Positions 18,851 through 28,987 are shown, counted from the first letter of the stretch. The stretch: DNA of 64,000 bases from Chitinophagaceae bacterium (GCA_947476485.1 CANJQU010000002.1:2149-66148), one strand, 5' to 3'. Numbers and translations are program-made. The notes: generated by a model from the letters alone, not told the origin.

Positions 18851-18940
18851 AGAATGAATGATTGTTGTGCAGCTATTCATCGGAGACTGTTTACAACCGA
18901 AGTCCCTTTTTCCTATTTTTATACCTGAACAAATTCACAT

Positions 18941-20122
18941 ATGCCCGACTATAACCACCTCAAATCTCAATTCCTGCTTCGGCCGGGTATTACCTACCTG
19001 AACTTTGCATCATTTGGTGCATGCCCCCGGCCCATCTTCAAAAACTACCAGGACTGGCAATTGCTGCTGGAAAGCGAACCGGTACAATATATAGCTGTGG
19101 ATAGCACTGCCCGCCTCAGAACATCGCGTGAGGCACTGGCCGGATATATTAACTGCGATGCGGACGACCTGGTATATGTAACCAACCCTACCTATGGCAT
19201 TAATATCATAGCCAAAAGTCTTGACCTGCGGGAAGGAGATGAGATATTATCTACCGATCTGGAGTATGGCGCACTGGACCGCACCTGGAATTATTACTGC
19301 AAACAAAAGAAAGCAACCTACGTTCGCCAGCCCATCAGCCTGCCCGTGACCTCAAAAGAGGCGATCATTGAGCAATTCTGGAAAGGATATTCTCCGAAGA
19401 CGAAGGCCATATTTATCTCGCACATCACCAGTAGTACTGCACTGCGGTTACCCGTAGAGGAAATATGCGAGATGGCAAAGGCAAAGGGGCTGCTTACTAT
19501 CGTAGATGGCGCCCATGTGCCCGGTCATATTCCGCTCGATCTCTCTAAGCTGAAAGCAGATATATATACAGGCGCCTGCCACAAATGGATGATGACGCCG
19601 AAGGGAAACACCTTCCTGTATGTGAAGAAGGAATTCCAGGACCGGTTTGACCCGGTGATCGTGAGCTGGGGATATGAAAGTGCGGCACCATCGCACTCCC
19701 GCTTTCTCGACTACCACCAGATGACGGGCACCCGCGACTTTTCCGCCTTTTTTACGACCGCCGCCGCATTGGCTTTTATGAAAGAAAACAACTGGGACCT
19801 GATAGCCCGTCGCTGCCGCGAACTGGTACAAGCTAATTACCAACGCTTCTGCGACCTGGTGGGCAGCGCGCCGGTATGCCCGATAAGCGATGACTTCCTG
19901 GGCCAGATGTGCAGCATACCTATCCGTACACAGCATCCGCAGCAGTTGCAGCGCTACCTGTTTGAACACTACAAAATAGAAGTACCTGTGATGGTGCACG
20001 GGCCTCACATTTTCCTTCGGTATTCTATACAGGCTTTTAATGACCAGGCCGACCTGGATAAATTATATGGTGCAGTGGGGGAAATTTTGGCGGAAGGGAA
20101 GCTGTTAGTAAAATGGAATTAG
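18941..20122 (+). CDS. Class V aminotransferase-fold PLP enzyme (isopenicillin-N epimerase / cysteine desulfurase-like)
   Basis: 393 aa. TIVDGAHVPGHIPLD and the PLP-lysine context YTGACHKWMM are present. Confidence 0.88.
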   Translation: MPDYNHLKSQFLLRPGITYLNFASFGACPRPIFKNYQDWQLLLESEPVQYIAVDSTARLRTSREALAGYINCDADDLVYVTNPTYGINIIAKSLDLREGDEILSTDLEYGALDRTWNYYCKQKKATYVRQPISLPVTSKEAIIEQFWKGYSPKTKAIFISHITSSTALRLPVEEICEMAKAKGLLTIVDGAHVPGHIPLDLSKLKADIYTGACHKWMMTPKGNTFLYVKKEFQDRFDPVIVSWGYESAAPSHSRFLDYHQMTGTRDFSAFFTTAAALAFMKENNWDLIARRCRELVQANYQRFCDLVGSAPVCPISDDFLGQMCSIPIRTQHPQQLQRYLFEHYKIEVPVMVHGPHIFLRYSIQAFNDQADLDKLYGAVGEILAEGKLLVKWN

Positions 20123-20263
20123 GAATTGGTTATTGGGAACCCGCCTACCGGCAGGCAGGTTAGGATTATTTTGACGGACGGCAGATGAACGATGAAGACC
20201 AAAAACGAATAAGTGAATTTATTGTCAAACAAAAGAATGCAAAGCAAAAGCGTTGTGTGGATT

Positions 20264-20701
20264 TTACAACCCCCTCAGGTTTTCAGTGGTCAATGGTTTA
20301 ACAATAAACCGCTGAACTATCTGATAGGACCGTGCCTGCCGCTTGTCCTTTTCCGAAACCGAGGACGTCATGACGACCAGTTTGCAGTTTTCCCGCGCCG
20401 TGGCAGAAAATGCTGAGTACCGTTCCAGAAATTCGTAGCCCCTGGTCTCCACCATGTAGATATTGAGGAATATCAATTTAGGAAAACTCAAACCATCTCT
20501 TTCGCGGGAAGACAGATAGGCCAACGCATCTTTAGTGGATGGAACAGAAAGCAGTTCACCAACGGGCAGGTTTTTCTTTATCAGCTTTTCAGCAACGAAT
20601 AGGTCGAGGCAGGAGTTTTCAACTATCATGGCGAGATCGCTGTATGCGCAGTTCAATTGTTTATGATCGAATGCATATGTTGCCGGGCTTTGTGCTATCA
20701 T
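20264..20701 (-). CDS. Stand-alone receiver-like protein lacking the phospho-acceptor Asp (pseudo-receiver)
   Basis: CheY-like layout, with conserved T in VVMTSS and K in FIVKPL. The acidic pocket reads VENS and the acceptor position reads IFLNIYM (N instead of D). Confidence 0.65.
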   Translation of the reverse strand: MIAQSPATYAFDHKQLNCAYSDLAMIVENSCLDLFVAEKLIKKNLPVGELLSVPSTKDALAYLSSRERDGLSFPKLIFLNIYMVETRGYEFLERYSAFSATARENCKLVVMTSSVSEKDKRQARSYQIVQRFIVKPLTTENLRGL

Positions 20702-20918
20702 GGTTGTAGTTTTTGTTTTCACTGTACTTCTTGCTCATTACAAACGTAGGCACAACAAGCCTCTCCAAAATGGGTGTTTTTCCCATTTTTTTATTTGCCG
20801 GATATTTCGTATATGGATTTAGAGGGATGGATCGGGCGGTAGGATAGCAGATAATATCAGCTCGGCGAAAAGAGCAGCCTAGCGTATCATTCCTTTATTT
20901 CCAAGGGAGATAAGAGAA

Positions 20919-21665
20919 TTATTTTTTTTCCGCAGTTTCAGACTGAGGAGTTGCGGAATCACTGCGGGATTCTGCGGGAGCAGGAACAGCTAATGAGGTG
21001 ATGTCTCTTATTTCTTGCTGCGCGGTATAGTGGATGGCAGGTATAGCATATTTTGTTTCGGGTCCGACTTTCTTGTCTAAGGCACAATCGGGAAAGGTGC
21101 AACGGTCTGGGTGCAGGCACTTTGACTTGTCAAAACAAAGCTTAGGCATCGTATAATCTGTATCATTTTCGGCTGGTTCATCATAGAACGGAGATATGGG
21201 GGACACACCATATTCCATCTCGTAAGGCACATATCCGTTAAGACTTTGCGCTTTGAGGAATTGCCTTGAATAATCTGCAAACTTTCCTGTAAACTCTTTG
21301 TCGAGGGGACGGAGAAAATTCCGGAGAGTTTCTATCATTTGCATGTTCTGGGCGAGCGATGTGTTTTTCTTCAGCTTGTCGAGCGCTGCAACAAGTTTGC
21401 GCATTATGTCTGCTTCCTCCGATGTTGGGTACCTTTTACCCGGTTCACGGGCCGCGATGGCGTTCTGAAGTTCTACAAGCTGTGAGCTGAGGTTATCGGC
21501 AATGGTGGCGGGTGCCTGCATAGCGGCAAGGCGGAGCTTGTTCCATGAGAAGCGGTGTATCCAGGTATGGATGGTACGCTCGCTGACACCAACTGCATCT
21601 GCTATTTCTTTTTGTGATCTTGTGCCGCTCATGAAGAGGCGGAGGGCTTGTTCTTTCTTTTCCAT
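20919..21665 (-). CDS. HTH DNA-binding protein resembling phage terminase small-subunit / element-borne regulators
   Basis: N-terminal LFMSGTRSQKEIADAVGVSERTIHTWIHRFSW is an HTH. The rest is unassigned apart from a Cys/His cluster (CLHPDRCTFPDC). Confidence 0.6.
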   Translation of the reverse strand: MEKKEQALRLFMSGTRSQKEIADAVGVSERTIHTWIHRFSWNKLRLAAMQAPATIADNLSSQLVELQNAIAAREPGKRYPTSEEADIMRKLVAALDKLKKNTSLAQNMQMIETLRNFLRPLDKEFTGKFADYSRQFLKAQSLNGYVPYEMEYGVSPISPFYDEPAENDTDYTMPKLCFDKSKCLHPDRCTFPDCALDKKVGPETKYAIPAIHYTAQQEIRDITSLAVPAPAESRSDSATPQSETAEKK

Positions 21666-22266
21666 AATAGGGTTTATTTGTGTGGTAGTCACTGATGATT
21701 AGTAACACTTATTATCTGTCACTCATTACCTTACTTTTTCTTTGCTTCGCCAAAGAAAAAGTAACAAAAAGAAAGGCGACTTTGGCCGAATCGCTCCGCG
21801 CGGCCAAAGAGAGCTCTACTCTGTTATCGCGGTTCGCTAATCAACTGCATGGCGCTGGTTTTGACTCTCTACACTACTACTATTAAACATCGTCAATCGT
21901 ATCAGCTTATTCTCACGATCCGGCCACTCAATCGTATCACGCCAAAAAGGCGCCATCATATCCTGAGCTACAACTCCCCTATCATCATTAAGGCAAAAAA
22001 ATCATGCGCACTTCAGCCGATCTGAGATTCAAATGGTGCAATCCAGCACAAAGGTGAGGTGAAGAAACGGGATGGGCAAAAGAAGAAAACATGATGTGCG
22101 CTATACGGTATATCATATACTGCATACGGTATATGATGTAAATTTCTTTGCGCGCCAGGCGAGGGTTTGGGGCGAAAAATGGCTTCGATTTTGCCGACTT
22201 TTGCGAATGTGGATAAGTGGCTGCTGGCTGTGTTAAATATTCGCCTGGATTTTATTTGTATCAACG

Positions 22267-22318
22267 CATGGTACATCGCCATTGAGCGGCAATAGTAAGT
22301 GTCGCCGAAATTTTCCTG
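22267..22318 (-). pseudogene. About 50-bp fragment duplicating the 3' coding end of gene 26869-27843
   Basis: ACATCGCCATTGAGCGG-CAATAGTAAGTGTCGCCGAAATTTTCCTGC matches 26904-26957 with one indel and one mismatch. Flanks do not match and the upstream frame has a stop. Confidence 0.6.
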
Positions 22319-22386
22319 CTACCCGAACCAATTGTCGCTAGACCGGGAACCTCGCGAATGAAAAAAGACCGCTGCCGGGTCTCCGA

Positions 22387-25300
22387 TCATTTCCGAATCA
22401 CAAAGTGATAAGCACTGTATGCTGTATCTGTATACACATTCAGCAGGTAGAACCCATTTGCAAGGTTGCTGCCCAGCGTTAGCTGTTCATTGATGGCACC
22501 GGCTTTCGCAGTTGATATGCCGGAATACACCACCTGGCCGAGCATATTGGTTACTACCAGGCTAAGGGCAGCATCGTTGGCTGAGCCGGTTGTACCCGAT
22601 ATAGTAAATACACCACGATTAGGATTCGGTGATACTGTTACCGCTAACGACGCAGCCTCAGCGATTAAACCTGTAACTGATTCCGTTGCCGATCCACCAC
22701 CATGGCCATGCGGCGCCGGGCTGGCACTGATCACTTTTGTAGCGAAGTTGCTGCAGCTAAAACCATTGATAACAATGTAGTTTATATTCGCACTGCCGGC
22801 TGATGCGATCGCTGTTACATGTCCGGTGGCGCTACCCACCGTCAGTATGGCAATATTACTACTTGTCCATACACCTCCGCCGGTGAGGTCAGATAAGTTA
22901 ATGCCACTGCCGCCGTGAGACACTGATGAAGGGCCAAGTATGGCTGTGACTGCCGGGGTAGGATTTACTGTTACTATTGCCGTTGCTGTGCAGGCATTTG
23001 CCAGCGTATAGGTGATAAGCGAGGTACCGGTTGCCACGCCTGTTACTGCCCCCGAAGCCGTAACTGTCGCTACAGCAGTTGAGCTGCTTGTCCACGACAG
23101 GCCGGGAGTAACTGCATCACTTAAAAATGTTTTAAGCCCTGTGCAAACGGTGAGTGCCCCGCTTATTGGTGCAGCCCCCTGGTTTACTGTTATAGTGGAT
23201 ACCTTGAAGCATCCTGTAGCTGACGTGTAGGTTACGCGCACCGATCCGGCCGCTACTCCATTTACAATTCCCGTTGAACCTACTATCGCATAGCTATTTG
23301 TGCCGCTCCATATGCCTCCCGCCGTTGCATCGCTCAGTATGATAGATGCGCCGGTACACACTTTGACCGGTCCTGTAATGGCCGCGGGATTCGCGTTTAT
23401 CGTCACGATCAATGATGCACGGCAGCCCGTACCCGATATTTTATAGTAAACCGGAACAGTACCTACATTAATTGCAGAGACCACTCCACCGGTACCTACT
23501 GTTGCGGTAGCCGGAATACCGCTGCTCCATACACCGCCAGGCGTAGCATCTGTCAGCGCAGTAGTGGAGCCCTGGCACACTGTGCCGGTGCCTGTAATTA
23601 CAGCAGGTAACGGATAAACGGTAACCACTGCAGTTGCATAAGAGGTCCCCACTGTGTAACTAAGGAGGGCCGTACCGGCACTCAGGCCGGCAACAACACC
23701 GGTAGCCGAAACCGAAGCTACTCCCGCAGATGCAGGACTGACACTCCATGCACCACCGGTTGTAGCATCAAAGTAGGGCGCCGTAGCACCTGAGCATAAG
23801 TAAAAGTAATAACCGGTAATTGGCGCTACCGTTACGGTTGAGGTGCCCACCGTAACCAATTTTGTTGCAGATGCCGTACCGCAACCGTCAGTAACCGTAT
23901 ATGAAACCGACACAGTGCCTGCCGATACCCCGTGAACGAGGCCTGCAGTGACCGTTGCATTTCCATTACTTGCACTCCACGTACCACCACTGGCAGCGTC
24001 CGTCAGGGTGATATTTGCCCCGACAACCACCGTTGATGGTCCTGTTATAGTACCCACCGGTGTGGCGTTTACGGATACACTCACTGCTGTTGTTGCCATC
24101 GCTACCCCGTCACTTACTTTTATGACAAATGCATCTACCCCCGAAAAGCCTGCTGCCGGGGTATACGTCAGCCCTGCGGGTGTGATGGTACTGCTTCCGG
24201 AACTTGCTGTGGCACTAAACCCATTCAGTGTGCCGTGAGCAGGAGCAGAAAGAACTGTCCATGTTTCGGTTTGCCCAGCGCTCGTATCAGAAACCGTCAG
24301 TAACCCGGAGATATTAAATGCAGGCGCATCATGGCAAATACTGAATCCCTGGCTTGATCCGTTACTGAATACCGGGACGGTATTGGGCGTAACAAACCGC
24401 CCCACCGAGATCGCATAAGCATGGCTATCTAAAGTATCAAAATGAAAGGTACTGCCTGTCGAGTTGGAAGAATCAAAAATATAACCTTCAGGGGCGTCAT
24501 CAGCTTTGCTGGTCATTATCAGCAGCATGCCGTGCCCGATACCGCTCACACGCGCCCGGCTATCGCGGTAGTGCGCCTGTTGACCTGAGCAATCGTATAC
24601 CGGCACACAATAAATATTGTGGTTTACCAAAATACTGTTTGCCAGTGGAAGCTTGGCCGGTGAGAAATACCCAGGCAGGCTGTCAGTAGTAAGAAACCTG
24701 GGACTGGCTTCCATCACCATTACATGTCCGTTGGAACTGGAAGCCGGCGAGTAGCCGAACGCCAGTATGTCGCCGGGCTTTGCCAAGCCGAAGCCGCCCT
24801 TGCGCACCCCATTATAGGTGTCAAGTGTAGCACGCAAGGTATGATTATAGGTGTCGATAACGGCAGCTTGCACATTCCCCGCGACATATATCCAGCCGGA
24901 GTCTGCGGCAACCGGCATTGTAGGAAATGCAACAGCAAACGAATAGGCAGTAGCTACAAACCCCCGGAAAGCAAAGGGAACTTTGTTTGAATCGTGCGTT
25001 GTTTTAATGATATTCAGGTAAGCGTTGTGGCCATACGTGGTATCGCCAATAGCTGATAACAGCCTGGTCAGGTAGCCGACGCAATCGGAATTTGCGGTGA
25101 ACGAAGTATCTGCGTCCTTGAACAATATGTGGGGAATCCGAGTGGGCCACATGTAGCTAAAGCCGGTAATACCATAGCTCAAATACTCGCTTGAACTGAC
25201 GTAGTAAGAAGGCTCAGGATTAACGTACACCTGGTGGATATTGTGTCTGATTCCGGCATACGTAAGTGAAGAATCTGCAACCGTCACGCCGGCCATGGTG

Positions 25301-25521
25301 CCATAACCCTGCGTAAGCAAAAATGGTCTTGCAATACCTGTTGCTGCGCTAAGCACGGACCCATAGAACGTGCCGTTGTAACCTGGCAAAAAACCACCAG
25401 CCTGCCCGAAGGAAGAAGGACCTGATGACATGAAAACAACAATTGCGAACAGTAATTTTCTGACCACATTACTTGCATTTACATTATTGGCAAAACGTAT
25501 TCTGAAGCCTGTTAGTGACAT
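22387..25521 (-). CDS. T9SS-secreted surface protein with a papain-like (NlpC/P60- or CHAP-like) N-terminal region, about 8 Ig-like (Big_2-type) repeats and a type A sorting domain
   Basis: 1044 aa. There are repeated ...TGPSTVCVG..ITLSDATAGGTWSS... units. The C-terminal end NGFYLLNVYTDTAYSAYHFVIRK is Por-tail-like. The N-terminal region has SDCVGYL and GDILAF...GHVMVM. Confidence 0.85.
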   Translation of the reverse strand: MSLTGFRIRFANNVNASNVVRKLLFAIVVFMSSGPSSFGQAGGFLPGYNGTFYGSVLSAATGIARPFLLTQGYGTMAGVTVADSSLTYAGIRHNIHQVYVNPEPSYYVSSSEYLSYGITGFSYMWPTRIPHILFKDADTSFTANSDCVGYLTRLLSAIGDTTYGHNAYLNIIKTTHDSNKVPFAFRGFVATAYSFAVAFPTMPVAADSGWIYVAGNVQAAVIDTYNHTLRATLDTYNGVRKGGFGLAKPGDILAFGYSPASSSNGHVMVMEASPRFLTTDSLPGYFSPAKLPLANSILVNHNIYCVPVYDCSGQQAHYRDSRARVSGIGHGMLLIMTSKADDAPEGYIFDSSNSTGSTFHFDTLDSHAYAISVGRFVTPNTVPVFSNGSSQGFSICHDAPAFNISGLLTVSDTSAGQTETWTVLSAPAHGTLNGFSATASSGSSTITPAGLTYTPAAGFSGVDAFVIKVSDGVAMATTAVSVSVNATPVGTITGPSTVVVGANITLTDAASGGTWSASNGNATVTAGLVHGVSAGTVSVSYTVTDGCGTASATKLVTVGTSTVTVAPITGYYFYLCSGATAPYFDATTGGAWSVSPASAGVASVSATGVVAGLSAGTALLSYTVGTSYATAVVTVYPLPAVITGTGTVCQGSTTALTDATPGGVWSSGIPATATVGTGGVVSAINVGTVPVYYKISGTGCRASLIVTINANPAAITGPVKVCTGASIILSDATAGGIWSGTNSYAIVGSTGIVNGVAAGSVRVTYTSATGCFKVSTITVNQGAAPISGALTVCTGLKTFLSDAVTPGLSWTSSSTAVATVTASGAVTGVATGTSLITYTLANACTATAIVTVNPTPAVTAILGPSSVSHGGSGINLSDLTGGGVWTSSNIAILTVGSATGHVTAIASAGSANINYIVINGFSCSNFATKVISASPAPHGHGGGSATESVTGLIAEAASLAVTVSPNPNRGVFTISGTTGSANDAALSLVVTNMLGQVVYSGISTAKAGAINEQLTLGSNLANGFYLLNVYTDTAYSAYHFVIRK

Positions 25522-25636
25522 ACATCAGTATTTTATACTGATTTAAATTTACGGTGTAATAAGTGTTTGCGAAAAAAAACTTTGTCAATTACAGAAACAT
25601 ATGGGTGTAAATTGCCGATGCGCGGAGAACTGCGCC

Positions 25637-26602
25637 TCATGATGCTATTCTTATTACTACATTACCTGTTTTCTGACCGGTCTCTACATACCGGTATGCT
25701 TCCACGATCTGCTCCAGTGGATATTGCCGGTCGATCACGGGCCGGTACCTGCCCTGCTCTACCAGTTCTTTTAGAAAAATGACATCAGCTTTGCTGATGG
25801 TTGGCATAGGGAAAAGTAACTTCTTATTGCCTAGTAACGGTGTGAAGAGCGCAAGAAAAACATTCACGGCATTCTTTCCCAATTCTGTTGATATGTAAAT
25901 TCCCTTCCCGGTAAGCAATGGTTTGCATCGCTTAAATGAGCTTTTGCCGACAGCATCAAAAATAAAATCAAATTTCTGAGCGGTTTTAGTGAAGTCCTGC
26001 TGCTGGTAATCCACTACAATATCTGCACCGAGAGATCTTACCAGTTCAACATTTTTGGTGTTGCTTACCGCCGTGACATTTGCGCCGAAGTATTTCAATA
26101 ACTGTACAGCAGCGGACCCAATACCCCCTGATGCTCCATATACTAAAACGTTTTGCCCGCTCCGGATATTAGCCGCTCTTATATCGCACAACGCATAGTG
26201 AGCGCCTTCCACGATTGGCGCGGCCTCGTAAAAGTCTAAGTTGTCGGGCATTTTTGCGATTGGGTCATTCTCACCAGTAATCAGATACTCCCCATGCCCT
26301 CCGAACGTTTTGTCGTTATAGCCGAAAACTTTATCGCCTTTTTTCAACGACAGCACATTTTTACCGGCCTCTTCAATTTCACCGGCAAACTCACAGCCTA
26401 ATATCTTGTTTTTAGGTCTGACCAAACCACTCCAAAACCTTGAAATAAAATACTCAGCGCTGCGAAAACCACTATCTGTCCTGTTGACAGTGGAAGCAAT
26501 AACTTTTACTAAAACCTCATTGTCTCCAGGAACAGGTCTCTCTACCTCCGTTACGGTAACTATCTCGGGTGGACCGTATTTTACATTTATTGCCGCTCTC
26601 AT
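25637..26602 (-). CDS. Medium-chain NAD(P)-dependent dehydrogenase / quinone oxidoreductase family
   Basis: 321 aa. GDKVFGY and the Rossmann motif VYGASGGIGSAAVQL are present. Confidence 0.88.
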   Translation of the reverse strand: MRAAINVKYGPPEIVTVTEVERPVPGDNEVLVKVIASTVNRTDSGFRSAEYFISRFWSGLVRPKNKILGCEFAGEIEEAGKNVLSLKKGDKVFGYNDKTFGGHGEYLITGENDPIAKMPDNLDFYEAAPIVEGAHYALCDIRAANIRSGQNVLVYGASGGIGSAAVQLLKYFGANVTAVSNTKNVELVRSLGADIVVDYQQQDFTKTAQKFDFIFDAVGKSSFKRCKPLLTGKGIYISTELGKNAVNVFLALFTPLLGNKKLLFPMPTISKADVIFLKELVEQGRYRPVIDRQYPLEQIVEAYRYVETGQKTGNVVIRIAS

Positions 26603-26628
26603 TTATATTGAGGTTAAAATTTGGTACG

Positions 26629-26847
26629 CTACTTAGATCTCTTTATGAAACCGAAGTAAAAGGTGATCAGAAAAAGAATGAAGTGAATGCAACCGCGTAT
26701 ACCGAGAAATTCAGGAGACATCTCGGAATGACCGAAGAAGTGAAAAGGAACAGCAACACGAATCCGCCAAAAATACCAGCTTGCACCGGCTGTGACAAAG
26801 AACGCACCTGATAAGAACTTACAAACTTCCCTCCAGTTAATTCTCAT
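26629..26847 (-). CDS. Possible small two-helix membrane protein
   Basis: 72-aa ATG ORF with two hydrophobic segments, 26 nt upstream of the dehydrogenase gene. No family recognised. Confidence 0.35.
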   Translation of the reverse strand: MRINWREVCKFLSGAFFVTAGASWYFWRIRVAVPFHFFGHSEMSPEFLGIRGCIHFILFLITFYFGFIKRSK

Positions 26848-26868
26848 ACAGTAGATTATACAAGCTTC

Positions 26869-27843
26869 TTATTGGATGATCGGTATCAATCCCCTCAGCC
26901 CCATGTCGGTAACGACATCGCCATTGAGCGGGCAATAGTAAGTGTCGCCGGAATTTTCCTGCCACTCAAAGCTGTTGTTGATGGACATAGATACAACAAC
27001 GGTGATGTCAGCGGTTTCTGTGCCGGTGATAACGAGGTTCTGCGCAGCGTTTGATGTGTTCCTGAACTGGCCGGTGACCAGGCAGGACCCTTGTGGTATG
27101 GGCGAGCTGGCGAAGATGGGGTTCACAACTGTAGTAGCCCCGGCAGGCGCCTGGCCTTGTGTAGGGGTGGTCGTATAAGTGGTGCCTGCATAAATAAATG
27201 GCGACTCAAAACCCCAGTAGCCCTGCATCTTGGGGCCATTTACAGCTACAGATTGTGTCTTCAGGGCATAAGAATTAATGTAGGTCTGGAAACCAACGAA
27301 CGAAGCCAGTGTACCGGTGCCGAAATAATCGCCCGGGAATGTATAGCTGTTCACGGTGGTGCCGGCTTTTATCACATAACTCACATCATAGTTCTGGTAC
27401 GCCACCGACATGCGGTACCACTTGTAGCTGCCGGGTTTCACCTGCGAGATAGGAACGGAGAATATTTCGCCGCCGCTGTTCTTGAGGATCAGCGAGTCGA
27501 AGTCAATCGCATTGGTAAATGTACTGCTACCAACCGTAACCGCCGCAGTGGGAACCGTATGGGTCACATACAGCACCGTGCCTGCGCCTACGCCGGTGAG
27601 ATCGTTAGGGGCCAGCTCTATGTAGTGTGCACCAAAACTGTTGAACTTCGGCGATTGCGCCCGGTGATTAGACGGCATGATCGCCGGGTTGCCAAACGCA
27701 TCCAGCCGGGCCTGCGTTGAGTCCAGCTTCAGCACGAACCGAAGGCGCGGGCCTGTGTTGTTATTATTGTTGTTGGTTGCCGGCTTCACACATGCCGCCA
27801 TGGTGATGGCCAGGATAAGGGGGATAAACAAGTACTTGCCCAT
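26869..27843 (-). CDS. Hypothetical lipoprotein
   Basis: 324 aa with a lipobox (TMAAC) followed by a poly-Asn linker. Its 3' end is duplicated at 22267-22318. Confidence 0.7.
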   Translation of the reverse strand: MGKYLFIPLILAITMAACVKPATNNNNNNTGPRLRFVLKLDSTQARLDAFGNPAIMPSNHRAQSPKFNSFGAHYIELAPNDLTGVGAGTVLYVTHTVPTAAVTVGSSTFTNAIDFDSLILKNSGGEIFSVPISQVKPGSYKWYRMSVAYQNYDVSYVIKAGTTVNSYTFPGDYFGTGTLASFVGFQTYINSYALKTQSVAVNGPKMQGYWGFESPFIYAGTTYTTTPTQGQAPAGATTVVNPIFASSPIPQGSCLVTGQFRNTSNAAQNLVITGTETADITVVVSMSINNSFEWQENSGDTYYCPLNGDVVTDMGLRGLIPIIQ

Positions 27844-28066
27844 AAAATAATGATTATTTACAAATATACAATAATGAATAAACTATTGGCACGCAAGATC
27901 GTAAGGGTGCAATTCCAATCTTCGCGAATTGGGCAGCCCCTAAGGGGCTACGTACCTAATTTAAATTATCAGGGCTACAAAGCGGTAGCTCCTAACGGAG
28001 CAGTCCATTTTATATATCCGAGTATTTTGAAGCGAAGATTTAAAACTCATCCAACCCTAAAGGGTA

Positions 28067-28987
28067 CTATATCGCACGCTTCTTTATCATTCCGCCTTTA
28101 GTGTCCCTGATACTGCTCATCACGACAAATGCGTTAGGATCTATCTTGTCTATCTCCGCTTTCAGCTTGTTTAGCTCCAGCCGGGTAATAACCGTATAGA
28201 CAATGTCAATTTCGGCAGCCTCGCCGGTTTTACCATAGCCACTTTTGCCACTGTATATGGTTACGCCGCGGCCCATCGTGCCAATGATCATTTTGCGGAT
28301 GTCTTCTGTGCGCGGGGAGATGATGGTGACACCGGTATACTCTTCTATTCCTTCAATTATAAAGTCCAGCGTCTTGGAGGCAGACAGGTAGGTGATCATT
28401 GAGTATAGCGCTATCTCGATGGAAAGGAAGTAGGCGGCAGCAGAAAAAATAAGCACATTGATAATGATGATAACGTCGCCAATTGTTGTACCTAGTTTTT
28501 TACTAAGGTAGATGGCGAGTATCTCGGTTCCGTCGAGCACGGCACCGCCGCGCATGGAGAGGCCTATACCGGTGCCCAGGAAAAAACCGCCAAAGACCGC
28601 GACCAGCAGATTATCGTTTGTGACATCCGGAAACTTGACGGTGGCAACTACAAGGGCAAGGCCACAAATGGCGAGCGCTGTCTTTATTGCAAATGTTTTG
28701 CCAACGATGTTGTAACCCAGGATCACGAAAGGAATGTTGACGCCGATAAGCAGGATATAGAGCGGCACACCGGTAAGAGAGGATATAAGCAGGGATATAC
28801 CAGTGGCGCCACCATCTATAAAATGATTGGTGAGCAGAAAACCCTTGAAGCCAAAAGCGGCTGAAAAAATGCCAGCGATAATGAGTACAAGGTCTTTAGT
28901 AAACCGCCAGACAGGTTTCTTGAATTTGGATGCCCCCGGTTCGGGTGCTTCGGCATGCGTACTTTTGGTATGTTCGTTATCGATCAT
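28067..28987 (-). CDS. YitT family membrane protein (with DUF2179-type C-terminal domain)
   Basis: Multi-pass N-terminal part (IDGGATGISLL) and a soluble C-terminal part (GVTIYSGKSGYG...AFVVMSSIRDTKGG). The internal ATG at 28987 is preferred. Confidence 0.85.
   Translation of the reverse strand: MIDNEHTKSTHAEAPEPGASKFKKPVWRFTKDLVLIIAGIFSAAFGFKGFLLTNHFIDGGATGISLLISSLTGVPLYILLIGVNIPFVILGYNIVGKTFAIKTALAICGLALVVATVKFPDVTNDNLLVAVFGGFFLGTGIGLSMRGGAVLDGTEILAIYLSKKLGTTIGDVIIIINVLIFSAAAYFLSIEIALYSMITYLSASKTLDFIIEGIEEYTGVTIISPRTEDIRKMIIGTMGRGVTIYSGKSGYGKTGEAAEIDIVYTVITRLELNKLKAEIDKIDPNAFVVMSSIRDTKGGMIKKRAI

Noticed and set aside
22267-26957. Possible DGR template/variable repeat pair: a 50-bp match between 22267-22318 and the 3' end of gene 26869-27843.
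   Set aside because: There is no reverse transcriptase in the window and the match is only about 50 bp. The differences are one C/T change and one indel, not adenine-specific substitutions. A decayed gene fragment fits better.
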